Shown here in pieces: positions 20,372 through 29,789 of a DNA stretch of 64,000 nt (the stretch's first letter is position 1; every line of letters begins with the position of its first letter). The DNA comes from Candidatus Hermodarchaeota archaeon. Lineage in GTDB: Archaea > Asgardarchaeota > Hermodarchaeia > Hermodarchaeales > Hermodarchaeaceae. The notes under the pieces are model-generated. The model ran no database searches. It worked only from the letters and a program-made list of their open reading frames with translations, and was not told the origin of the DNA. The stretch is taken from contig JAEOTO010000032.1 of assembly GCA_016839805.1 (NCBI GenBank), positions 160,001 to 224,000 on the forward strand, read 5' to 3'. Position numbers and translations under genes: made by a program.

Positions 20372-22475
20372 TTGACCAAAAATCAACGCTTCGAAGAATT
20401 ATCTCGACTCATGAAGAATCCTGATAATATTCGTAATATTGGAATCATTGCGCACATAGATCATGGAAAAACTACTCTCACTGACTCATTACTTGCGAAC
20501 GCCGGAATGCTCTCATCAAATCTTGTAGGCCAAGCTAGGGCATTAGATTTCTTGGAAGAAGAGCAACGAAGGGGAAACGTCTTAGCGGTAACTCGCAGAT
20601 GCCCCAATAACCATAAAATCAGCTAACATCTCTCTTCTCCATGATTACCAAGGAAGACAGTACGTAGTTAATCTAGTAGATACTCCTGGTCACGTTGACT
20701 TTAGTGGTAAAGTTACTCGGGCCATGCGCGCTATTGACGGTGCAATTGTTGTTGTAGATGCCGTAGAGGGTGTGATGGCGCAAACAGAAAGTGTGATTAG
20801 ATCAGCAATTCGAGAGGCAGTAAAACCCGTTTTATTCATTAACAAGATAGATCGCCTCATCCGTGAATTGAAACTTTCAGCGAATCAAGTACAAGAAAGA
20901 TTCATAAAAATAATCCAAGATGTAAACACCTTCATTTCGGCTTTCTTAGAAGTCTATGATGATTCAGATTGGTCTGTTAGCCCAGATGACAATACTGTAG
21001 CTTTTGGTTCAGCACTTCACCGATGGGCATTTACGGTAAAACAAATGCAACAGGCGGATCTTCAGTTTCAAAACATCATCGAGTATTATCAAAATCAGAC
21101 AATTGAAGATTTAAGCAAAAAACTTCCCATACACAAACCAATCCTGAATATGATACTCGAGCAGCTTCCATCTCCAAAGAAGGCACAACCATACCGTACT
21201 AATCGGATTTGGAGAGGTGAATCGGAATCGCCTGCGGGATTAGCGCTTCAGCAATGTGATCCGGACAATTCTCTAATCATAGGAATAACCAAAATTATTA
21301 CAAAATCAAAACATGGTATAGTCGCAGTAGGTCGGCTTTTTTCAGGGACTATCCGAAGAGGATCTCAAATCAGAATCTTTCCAAATGACACACTTTACAG
21401 AACTCAACGTGTTACACTTTTTATGGGGTCTCGACAAGTAGTTGTACCTTCCTTAACTGCAGGCAACATTTGTGGGATAACAGGCATTGAAAATCCGCAA
21501 GCTGGAGATACTATTACTGGACAAAATGTCCCTCGAGGGATGGTACCCTTTGAGGAAATAACATATATCAACGAGCCCGTTGTAACCATTGCAGTAGAAC
21601 CGAAACGCCCGAGAGAACTTCCTCGATTACTTTCGTTTCTTGAAATCGTAACCAAAGCTGACCCAAATCTAATATCTTCTGTTAATGAACAAACTGGAGA
21701 GAATTTACTTTCTGGTCTAGGACTTTTGCATTTAGAGATTGCATTAAAAGATATTGAAGAATTAGGAGTTCAAGTTGAAGCATCAGATCCAATCGTGCTT
21801 TACCGTGAGACTCCAAAAACTAACGTCACACTGCATGAATGGCACCTAAGCCCGAATGGGGAAAATGCTATTAAATTATCAATACACCCAAGGTCTATTA
21901 AACCAGTACAAGTCGATGTCTGGCAGCAAGATCCAAAGGGTAATGCTCTTCTGAATCTATCCCCTGTATTAGTACCTGAATCAGCAAAAAAATCAATTAT
22001 TTCGGGATTTCACTGGGCCATGGAAAGGGGACCTCTTTGTGCTGAACCTGTAGGCCAAACACTCATTAGAATCCTGAACCTCAAGCTCAGCGAAAATATT
22101 ACTTATCGAGGAAAGGTTGAGCTTATGTCAATGGTAAAAGAGGCAATTTTCGCAGCTTTTGAAACTGCAGAAATGACTCTGCTAGAACCCATCTACTCAG
22201 TTCAAGTAACAATTCCCTCTGAATATCTTAAAGAAGTGACAGGAGCGATATCCTCAAGAAGAGGACAAATAGAAAATGTTGAACAAAAAGTTTCATTGAT
22301 TTCAGTTTCAGGAATTTTGCCAGTCAGTGAGTCATTTGATTTAGCCGATGATTTTCGATCAAAAACATCAGGAAAAGCGATTTGGCAAACCAGATTTGCC
22401 CGGTGGAAGATTGTGCCTGACCAAAGAGTAGGGCCAATAATAACTAGTATAAGGAAAAGAAGGGGATTAGCTTGA
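20372..22475 (+). CDS. fusA: Elongation factor 2 homologue (aEF-2 paralog-like), two exons 20372-20576 and 20608-22475, about 690 aa when spliced
   Basis: [16 protein letters not shown], then EEEQRRG|ITIKSAN restored by removing 31 nt, then [26 protein letters not shown]. Confidence 0.9.
20577..20607 (+). other. Putative BHB-type mRNA intron (31 nt) in EF-2
   Basis: GGGG-AA^A-CGTCT...AGATG-CCCC-AA^T; cutting after the second nt of each 3-nt bulge gives in-frame AGG GGA ATA ACC ATA (R-G-I-T-I). Confidence 0.85.
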
Positions 22476-22506
22476 GGGGGGATTAGATATCATACTCCGA
22501 ATTGCC

Positions 22507-22986
22507 GTGATTGGTAGCAGTGGAAAAATCTCAGACAAAATTAGAAATATTGCAGAAGAGGTTGGACAAGAGATTGCCCGCAGAGGAGCCATTTTAATAA
22601 CTGGTGGAAGAGATGGAGTCATGGAAGCTGCATCTCAAGGAGCTAAAAACGCGAATGGTCTAACAATTGGAATTTTACCAGAACATAATGAATCTAAAGT
22701 AAATCCCCATGTCGATGTGGCAATACCTACAGGTATTGCTTTTGCTAGAAATTACATCAATGTAGTTGCAAGTGACGCTATAATAAGCCTTGCTGGTTCG
22801 GGTGGTACGTTAAGTGAAATTGGTTTCGCTATTGCCCTATTGAAACCACTCATTCTAGTTAAGGGAACAGGCGGAGTTACTGATTTAATAGCGCAACATC
22901 ATGAGTTGTTTCCTGAAGCCAATATCCATATTGCGGAAACCGGTTTATTGGCTGTTAATCTAGTTTTTAGTCATTATTCTAATTAG
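22507..22986 (+). CDS. LOG-family Rossmann-fold protein (TIGR00725-like)
   Basis: ITGGRDGVMEAASQGA, TIGILP, ARNYIN, GTLSEI; the true start is probably a few codons upstream. Confidence 0.88.
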   Translation: MIGSSGKISDKIRNIAEEVGQEIARRGAILITGGRDGVMEAASQGAKNANGLTIGILPEHNESKVNPHVDVAIPTGIAFARNYINVVASDAIISLAGSGGTLSEIGFAIALLKPLILVKGTGGVTDLIAQHHELFPEANIHIAETGLLAVNLVFSHYSN

Positions 22987-23004
22987 GGGAAACAGCCTTC
23001 CAAA

Positions 23005-23256
23005 TCAGCCAAGAATGACTTGCCAAGGAGGATTAAAAGCCAACCACTGCATTGCAATAAAAAGGATTACCCCTCCGATTACCATATTTTTCCCCTTTTT
23101 TGGATCGATACCAGAAAACCAGTATATAAAGCCAATAGCAATCAACAATGCTGCAGCAAAGGTTCCGATTAAAATTACGATTCCCCAACCGGTAATGAGA
23201 TAATAGGTTAATTGTTCAAGAAGTTGTTGAAGAGGAAGCTGCGACCCTTGAAAAAT
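23005..23256 (-). CDS. Small two-TM protein, VirB2/TrbC/CedA1 pilin-like (not in the ORF track)
   Basis: Manual translation: IFQGSQLPLQQLLEQLTYYLITGWGIVILIGTFAAALLIAIGFIYWFSGIDPKKGKNMVIGGVILFIAMQWLAFNPPWQVILG*. No ATG/GTG/TTG at the expected start. Confidence 0.6.
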   Translation of the reverse strand: MFQGSQLPLQQLLEQLTYYLITGWGIVILIGTFAAALLIAIGFIYWFSGIDPKKGKNMVIGGVILFIAMQWLAFNPPWQVILG

Positions 23257-23369
23257 TAACGTTTTATTCCACCCAACCTTCTTTTTAGAAGTAGATACAA
23301 AAACTCCAAAAATTGCTTTCAGATACTAACAAGACGGACATTATTATGTACTAATGCCTACATCCAACA

Positions 23370-24485
23370 ATGGTGCATTTGGCAATGTGGAGGATTGGCA
23401 GAAGCGACGCAGTTACTGTATGGTCCAATGAAATCGTAGCAAAGCGTTTAACCAGCTATCGATCCATCATTGACCTTAAACTTCTTGCCCGTTATTTACT
23501 TGCACGGAACTTTTCCGTTGAATTTGAGCCTTCAGAGAGCATCTCAACTCTATGGAAGATTCACAAACAGGCCCAAACTAGATTTCAAAAGGAACTAACC
23601 CAAAATCGAAAAAAGAAACTCAATGAAGAAACCAATTCTTTGCAATCCTTCATGGATCTTAAAGCAGCACTAGCAGATAAGATACTTCATCAATGCCATT
23701 TCTGTGAGCGCAGATGCAATATAGACAGAGAATCTCACCTTGGGTATTGTAACGTTGATCAGTCTAGCTATGTATCTTCAGCGTTCCTACACACCGGCGA
23801 GGAACCACCTCTTGTACCATCAGGCACGATATTTTTCAGTGGATGCAACTTTCGGTGTGCACACTGCCAAAATTATGATATCTCATGTAATCCTAAAAAT
23901 GGAAGCCACGTTTCACCCACGCAATTAACTGCAATAGCCGACGAATTGGTGTCACAAGGAGCAAAAAACATAAACTATGTTGGTGGAGATCCGACGCCAC
24001 ACTTACATACAATCCTTGCATCAATGAAGTTTCAACAATTCAACATCACACAACTTTGGAATTCAAACATGTACCTCTCAATGGAAGCAATGGAACTTCT
24101 GACCGATGTCATCGATTTTTGGCTCCCTGATCTCAAATACTTCTCAGAAAAATGCGCAGAAAGAATCTCTGATGTCACGAATTACACCCAAATCGTAACT
24201 CGAAATATCAAAATGGCTTACGACCAAGGAACCAAGGAAATGATTATCCGTGTTTTAGTGCTTCCTAATCACCTACAATGTTGCGTTTTTCCCATTTTAG
24301 AATGGATAGCTGAAAATACCCCTATGGCACTTGTTAATATCATGGCACAATACCGACCAATGTGGCAGGTTGTCCATAAACCTGAAATCTATGGGGATAT
24401 CTCACGGCGAGTGAAGAGAGAAGAGATGAACCAAGCTCATGACTATGCAAAAAAGTTGGGTTTAGAATTTCGATCAGTTAGTTAA
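23370..24485 (+). CDS. Radical SAM protein, PflX-like
   Basis: CHFCERRC, HTGEEPPLVPSGTIFFSGCNFRCAHCQN, VGGDPTP. Confidence 0.9.
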   Translation: MVHLAMWRIGRSDAVTVWSNEIVAKRLTSYRSIIDLKLLARYLLARNFSVEFEPSESISTLWKIHKQAQTRFQKELTQNRKKKLNEETNSLQSFMDLKAALADKILHQCHFCERRCNIDRESHLGYCNVDQSSYVSSAFLHTGEEPPLVPSGTIFFSGCNFRCAHCQNYDISCNPKNGSHVSPTQLTAIADELVSQGAKNINYVGGDPTPHLHTILASMKFQQFNITQLWNSNMYLSMEAMELLTDVIDFWLPDLKYFSEKCAERISDVTNYTQIVTRNIKMAYDQGTKEMIIRVLVLPNHLQCCVFPILEWIAENTPMALVNIMAQYRPMWQVVHKPEIYGDISRRVKREEMNQAHDYAKKLGLEFRSVS

Positions 24486-24550
24486 TTTCTTCCTGAAACG
24501 ATTTTTGTGGGGTTTTTGAACGAAAGCCAACATTCTTCTGATGTAGGCTT

Positions 24551-26062
24551 ATGCGACTTGATTTGGACTTGGTTACTAAGCATTTGAAATGCAGGCCATG
24601 GCGAGAGAATTCTAATACAGCCATATCTTCGCCAGAACAGATACTAGACCATTTGTTGCCACCCATTTTACCAAGGATGGTCAAAGATGATTTTCTTGAA
24701 TTTTTCACTCACAAAATCTATGGAAAACTTGGTTGGCTTCGTAAATGCACTGACCCCTCCTTCACCAAGTTCAAAGTGAAATTTGAACCTGGCGGGTATC
24801 GGGGATTACCTGACTTCATTGATTGGGACGGCCAACTGGACGGACGATTTCTCGAACATATGCTTCCGTTGCTTCAGTCAATAGCACAGTTTGCTTTGAA
24901 CCCCTTAACTGCTGAACAGTTTTGGATGCTAGCAACCGAATTATGCAAGTTTACTAACTTTCCCCTAACTTCTCTTGATATTCGTATTATCAAATCTTTC
25001 AGTCAGATGCCAACGATTACAAACCCAGGGCTCGCTCGATTACTAGGAGTCTCCTATAAGAAAATTCGCAGTCGATGGAACCGTTTACAAAGACTCAATA
25101 TTTGTAGAATCTTGGCAAAGGTAAACTACCGTTTGCTAGGTTTAGTGCCGGTTATTGTCGAGCTACACGATCTTACGAAAACAATCAGGAGTCCCTATCT
25201 AATCGGGTTAACCCAACTTTCAGGCGATTCAAAGAGCGTACTTTACAGTCTAGTTATCCCCGAAGAGAGACTTGGGAGTTTTTCGAAATTCCTTGATTCA
25301 AGTTTAGGAATAACACACACGCTCTTCCTAGCAAAGGATAGGGGACAAACAATTGAATTCACACATTACCAGAGAGATAAAGGTAATTGGAATATTGATT
25401 GGAGGAAACTATTCATCGGTGCACATTTACTCCATAATAGTGAGAATCCAGCTTCTTCATTATACTGGGAAGAGGATATAGAACCCGGGAACCTATATTT
25501 CCTCGATGACAAGGACAAACGACTAATCCCAATACTGATGTCTGATGCTCGCCTTAAATTGGAAAAACTTGCAGATACTGCGGGTATGAGCATTTCTCAG
25601 GCAAGCCGTCGTAAGTCAAGATTAATTGATCTTGGCGTTTTACAAATTGAACCGCTTATTAGACGAGTAGGGCTTATTGAAGATATTATCATCCGCATCA
25701 AAGAACACGATACTCGAATAACAGGAATCTTCGATGAATTACCCCAAGCCTGGAAAAGGCAACTCACTGAATATCGCACAGGAAAGAAGGAAATCTTACT
25801 CTTTGCAACTCTACCAGCTGGTTCTTTTGCACTAATGCGATACTACCTACACAAATATCTCCACACCAAATCAGAAATTTCTATCACAGGCCCTGGGAAT
25901 GGAGGATGGCCATTAACTTTTGATACCTTCGATGCTGAGCAAGGCGGTTGGGTATGGCAGAATCCAACTATCGCTGAAAACTCACAATTTACCACTTTTA
26001 ACGTAGGAACCAAGCAAACCAAACAGAAAACCCCCCAATTAGCTAGAGAGGGGATGTATTAG
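24551..26062 (+). CDS. Duplicated Lrp/AsnC-like HTH regulator
   Basis: Two HTH segments (LARLLGVSYKKIRSR; LADTAGMSISQASRR), each followed by an alpha/beta domain ending in an aromatic/Trp motif. Confidence 0.6.
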   Translation: MRLDLDLVTKHLKCRPWRENSNTAISSPEQILDHLLPPILPRMVKDDFLEFFTHKIYGKLGWLRKCTDPSFTKFKVKFEPGGYRGLPDFIDWDGQLDGRFLEHMLPLLQSIAQFALNPLTAEQFWMLATELCKFTNFPLTSLDIRIIKSFSQMPTITNPGLARLLGVSYKKIRSRWNRLQRLNICRILAKVNYRLLGLVPVIVELHDLTKTIRSPYLIGLTQLSGDSKSVLYSLVIPEERLGSFSKFLDSSLGITHTLFLAKDRGQTIEFTHYQRDKGNWNIDWRKLFIGAHLLHNSENPASSLYWEEDIEPGNLYFLDDKDKRLIPILMSDARLKLEKLADTAGMSISQASRRKSRLIDLGVLQIEPLIRRVGLIEDIIIRIKEHDTRITGIFDELPQAWKRQLTEYRTGKKEILLFATLPAGSFALMRYYLHKYLHTKSEISITGPGNGGWPLTFDTFDAEQGGWVWQNPTIAENSQFTTFNVGTKQTKQKTPQLAREGMY

Positions 26063-27180
26063 TGAGGATTCTTCTCATTATATTATTAAGTACGGTCTTA
26101 ATTGGTCTACCAGCACCTCTGCCATTTACTCAAACCGGTGCGTTTAGGGGAACACCAATTTTACTAACTGTACAATTAACTAGGCAAAATGGTAGTCCCA
26201 TAGATGATGCAACGGTTCTATTCTTCCATGAAACCCAAAACCAATTTTTAGGAACTGCACAAACGAATGCAACCGGTCATGCCCAATTCATCTGGCAAAT
26301 TCCTGGTACACATGAATTGGGCTTTGTATCGTTGAATGCAACCTTCCGCGGTGACCCTGAAAGATTTCTTCTCCCGAGTATGGTGTCAATTCCATTAACT
26401 GTATTCGCTCGATTGCAAAACATAATTAATATCACCGACACGAATGGTAACCCAATTGGTACGAGTGTAAATATTGGGCAAAAATTACTTTTCAACGTCC
26501 TCATTCAAGACGATCACACAATACCCCTCGAAGGTATTTCAGTTCAACTCCTTATAGAACCTAACCAGCTAATCACCGAAGGTGTTACCACACAAAACGG
26601 AACAGTGCGTCTTAGTTGTATTGTGAATCACACTGTAACCAATGCAGTAACTTTCATAATTCGTAGTGTGAACCAAGGGTTTTACAACGGAACAGAGAAT
26701 CGTTTTCGAGTATCAATAGGAAACACGTCTGTTCAATTAATTGGACTCCCTGCGTTTTGGCTACTAAGATGCAGTCAAAGCATTAGTGGACGATTGTTCC
26801 AAAATGACGGAGAAAGTATTCCTAATGCCACAATTGAATTACTCTCTGAAAGGGAAACGTTGATTGAATATTCAGTAACAGATTCGGAAGGAGTCTTTAG
26901 CTTTAATCTGTGCAATCATATTGAGACGATCCAAGCAAATCGATTTCTAATTTTTCGATACAATGGAGGTGGTGGACATAAAACTACAGAGGTTGTTGTG
27001 GGCATAATTACCGGTTCGACAGAAAATCCATTTTCACAATTCGTAGAAATTATTACACCAGTAGATCTAACAAGAATACTACACCAATTAAGTATAATCA
27101 TCGTTAGTTGTTTAACAATTGGAACAACCCTTATGACCTTGAAAATGAAACGTACAACTAGTCGAATCGTCTCACATTAG
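26062..27180 (+). CDS. Surface protein with Ig-like repeats and a C-terminal TM anchor
   Basis: Signal peptide, repeated G.PI..A.V and T...G.. motifs, C-terminal hydrophobic helix followed by a basic tail. Confidence 0.65.
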   Translation: MRILLIILLSTVLIGLPAPLPFTQTGAFRGTPILLTVQLTRQNGSPIDDATVLFFHETQNQFLGTAQTNATGHAQFIWQIPGTHELGFVSLNATFRGDPERFLLPSMVSIPLTVFARLQNIINITDTNGNPIGTSVNIGQKLLFNVLIQDDHTIPLEGISVQLLIEPNQLITEGVTTQNGTVRLSCIVNHTVTNAVTFIIRSVNQGFYNGTENRFRVSIGNTSVQLIGLPAFWLLRCSQSISGRLFQNDGESIPNATIELLSERETLIEYSVTDSEGVFSFNLCNHIETIQANRFLIFRYNGGGGHKTTEVVVGIITGSTENPFSQFVEIITPVDLTRILHQLSIIIVSCLTIGTTLMTLKMKRTTSRIVSH

Positions 27181-27257
27181 ATTTGTACGTCTCATTGTAG
27201 TACTGTCGAAAACTTAATCGAAGACCGACTCAACATTGACTTGAGGTAGACTACCCT

Positions 27258-28226
27258 ATGTCTGAACATTGGATGTGGACAGAAAAGTATCGACCAATGA
27301 AATTAGATGAAATCGTTGGTCAAGAGCCAATCACTGAACGACTAAAGCAATTCCTCGTGCAACGCGATTTACCACACTTGCTATTTTCAGGTCCTGCAGG
27401 CACTGGCAAGACAACAGCAATAATCGCATTTGCTCACGAGCTATACAAAGAACAATTCCCTGGAAACTTCCTAGAATTGAACGCGTCGGATGAACGAGGA
27501 ATCGATGTCGTACGAAATCGTGTTAAAAACTTTGCACGAACTCGACCATTAGGAGATGCTCCTTTCAAGATTGTTTCTTTAGATGAGGCAGATAGTCTAA
27601 CACGTGACGCACAACACGCTCTTCGAAGAACAATGGAAAGGTTTGTCACCGGTTGCAGATTCTGTCTCATTTGTAATTATTCAAGTAGAATTATTGACCC
27701 CATCCAATCTCGATGTGCAATTTTCCGATTTCCACGTCTTAACAATGAGAAGCTAATAGAAAGAATTAGTTACATTGCAAAAAAAGAGGAGGTCAAGGTT
27801 TCTGAAGAGGGAATTCAAGCCATTCTATATGTATCGGGAGGAGATCTTCGACGAGCTATTAATGTTCTTCAAGCTGCAGCAGTCACCCAAAAACGCGTAG
27901 ATGCTGATGCCGTTTATTCCACGACTGGTAAAGCACGACCGGAAGACATTAGTCAAATGATTAATTCAGCTTTGAACGGAAAATTCCTAGAAGCTCAAGA
28001 AAAGCTTCGAAATCTCTTAATCTGGCAGGGACTAGCTGGAACCGACATTATTCGCCAAGTTCACCGTGAAGTCATCAAACTGGGTATCGATGAAAAAGAC
28101 AAAGTCTATCTAGTTGATATAGTGGGAGAAGCCGAATTCCGTCTTACTGAGGGGGCAGATCCTGAAATACAATTGAGTAATATTCTAGCAAAATTCACCC
28201 AATTAGGAAAATCCAGTGGAAAATAA
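27258..28226 (+). CDS. rfcS: Replication factor C small subunit
   Basis: WTEKYRP, GPAGTGKTT, LELNASDERGID, LDEAD, SRC. Confidence 0.97.
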   Translation: MSEHWMWTEKYRPMKLDEIVGQEPITERLKQFLVQRDLPHLLFSGPAGTGKTTAIIAFAHELYKEQFPGNFLELNASDERGIDVVRNRVKNFARTRPLGDAPFKIVSLDEADSLTRDAQHALRRTMERFVTGCRFCLICNYSSRIIDPIQSRCAIFRFPRLNNEKLIERISYIAKKEEVKVSEEGIQAILYVSGGDLRRAINVLQAAAVTQKRVDADAVYSTTGKARPEDISQMINSALNGKFLEAQEKLRNLLIWQGLAGTDIIRQVHREVIKLGIDEKDKVYLVDIVGEAEFRLTEGADPEIQLSNILAKFTQLGKSSGK

Positions 28227-29457
28227 GATGATAGCACAACCTTGGGTTGAAAAATACAAACCTCAGAAGATTAGAGATCTTGTAGGAAACAACAAAGCCA
28301 TTGCGAAAATTACCGAATGGCTTCAAGAATGGCCAAAAAGTATCTCTCGTAACCGTCGAGCTCTCATGCTCTATGGGCCTTCTGGCGTAGGTAAAACAAT
28401 AACTGTCTATACTATTGCAAGAGAACTTGGTTTTGAAATAAGTGAAATCAATGCAAGTGTGAAAAGAAGTAAGAAGCGAATGAGTGAATTATTACGAATT
28501 TCTACAATGACATGGACGTTAACCAGTGAACGTGGAAGGCGTGTGTTGGTAGATGAATTAGCAGGTTTAAGTGGTAAATCAGACAGAGGAGCAGCTTCTT
28601 CGTTAAACGAACATATCAAAAACACGCGGGTCCCGATTATTTTGGTCACAAATGATGTTACAGATTCTAAAATCAGACCGTTAAAAAAAATATGTACACT
28701 AATTGAATTTGAACCGTTCGAACCTTCAGAGGTAACTGCAATATTAAAACGTATATGCCGAAAAGAAAAGCTTACTTTTGATGAATCAGGATTAGAATTA
28801 ATTGCGACACACTCTCGTGGTGATATCAGGGCGGCAATTAACGATTTACAGACTATAGCAAGGACTGGAACAAATATTTCAAAAAAGGCAATCCTCGAAC
28901 TAATTAGATCAAGAGATCATACCATTGATATCAGCGAAGTCCTTGATCGTATTTTTTATGCAGAAAGTTGGAACAAAGCTGTGTTTGCTGCCAATCAAAG
29001 TGATGTGTATCCTGATGAGCTGTTAAGATGGGTTAGTAACAATATACCTATTGTCTTTACCGACATAAATCAGCAAGTCAAGGCGTTTGATTTATTGTCT
29101 AAAGCCAGCATCTTTGCAAGTCGAATATCACGCACACAGAATTGGAGATTACTTCCGTACTCCAAGGAACTTATGTGCATAACTGGATCAATAATAGGTG
29201 GAACCCCCACACCAAACCGCGCAAATTATCGCTTTCCCGAATGGATTAGACAAATGGGGTTCTCCCGTGGAGTACGTCAGAAGCGCGCCTCAATAGGACA
29301 GATAATATCTCCTATAGTTCATATGTCAGCTAAGAAAGCTTACAAAGAATACTTGATAGTACTCAAAGCACTTCTCAAAAACCCTCACACCAGATCAACC
29401 TTCATCACAGAACTGGAATTAACTGAGGATTTAATTCAATTTATCCTCAAGGACTGA
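28216..29457 (+). CDS. rfcL: Replication factor C large subunit
   Basis: WVEKYKP, GPSGVGKT, EINAS, GDIRAAINDLQ; follows rfcS. Confidence 0.92.
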   Translation: MENKMIAQPWVEKYKPQKIRDLVGNNKAIAKITEWLQEWPKSISRNRRALMLYGPSGVGKTITVYTIARELGFEISEINASVKRSKKRMSELLRISTMTWTLTSERGRRVLVDELAGLSGKSDRGAASSLNEHIKNTRVPIILVTNDVTDSKIRPLKKICTLIEFEPFEPSEVTAILKRICRKEKLTFDESGLELIATHSRGDIRAAINDLQTIARTGTNISKKAILELIRSRDHTIDISEVLDRIFYAESWNKAVFAANQSDVYPDELLRWVSNNIPIVFTDINQQVKAFDLLSKASIFASRISRTQNWRLLPYSKELMCITGSIIGGTPTPNRANYRFPEWIRQMGFSRGVRQKRASIGQIISPIVHMSAKKAYKEYLIVLKALLKNPHTRSTFITELELTEDLIQFILKD

Positions 29458-29466
29458 ACACCAAAT

Positions 29467-29787
29467 TCACTCGGATTTTTCCCATAGCTCAATGAACCGA
29501 CGAAGCGCCAGGGCCCGTAGATTTTCTATTTTGTACCGATATATCCTAATTCGACCAAACTTCTTCTCTTGGACAAGCTTCGCTTGCTCTAGAAACCGAA
29601 GATGCCTTCTTGTAGTGCTATGATTGAGCTGAGTTCTCCGAGCAATCTCAGATATGTTCAGTTCCCCACACTCCGCTAAAAGGCGAATTATTTTGATTCG
29701 CCCCCGAGAGGAGAAAAGAAGTTCAACTGGAATTGAACGATCGTTGGGAAACTGCCCAAGAAGTGTCGTGCCAGGCACATCACCCAC
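29467..29787 (-). CDS. ArsR-like winged-helix protein
   Basis: FSSRGRIKII, ELNISEIARRTQLNHSTTRRHL, KFGRIRIY. Confidence 0.85.
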   Translation of the reverse strand: MGDVPGTTLLGQFPNDRSIPVELLFSSRGRIKIIRLLAECGELNISEIARRTQLNHSTTRRHLRFLEQAKLVQEKKFGRIRIYRYKIENLRALALRRFIELWEKSE

Positions 29788-29789
29788 GA

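Noticed and set aside
20372-20723. EF-2 as a simple frameshifted pseudogene or programmed frameshift
   Set aside because: The break is a discrete 31-nt structured insert inside an invariant motif. A ribosomal frameshift would leave about 10 extra residues in switch I, and the rest of the gene is intact.
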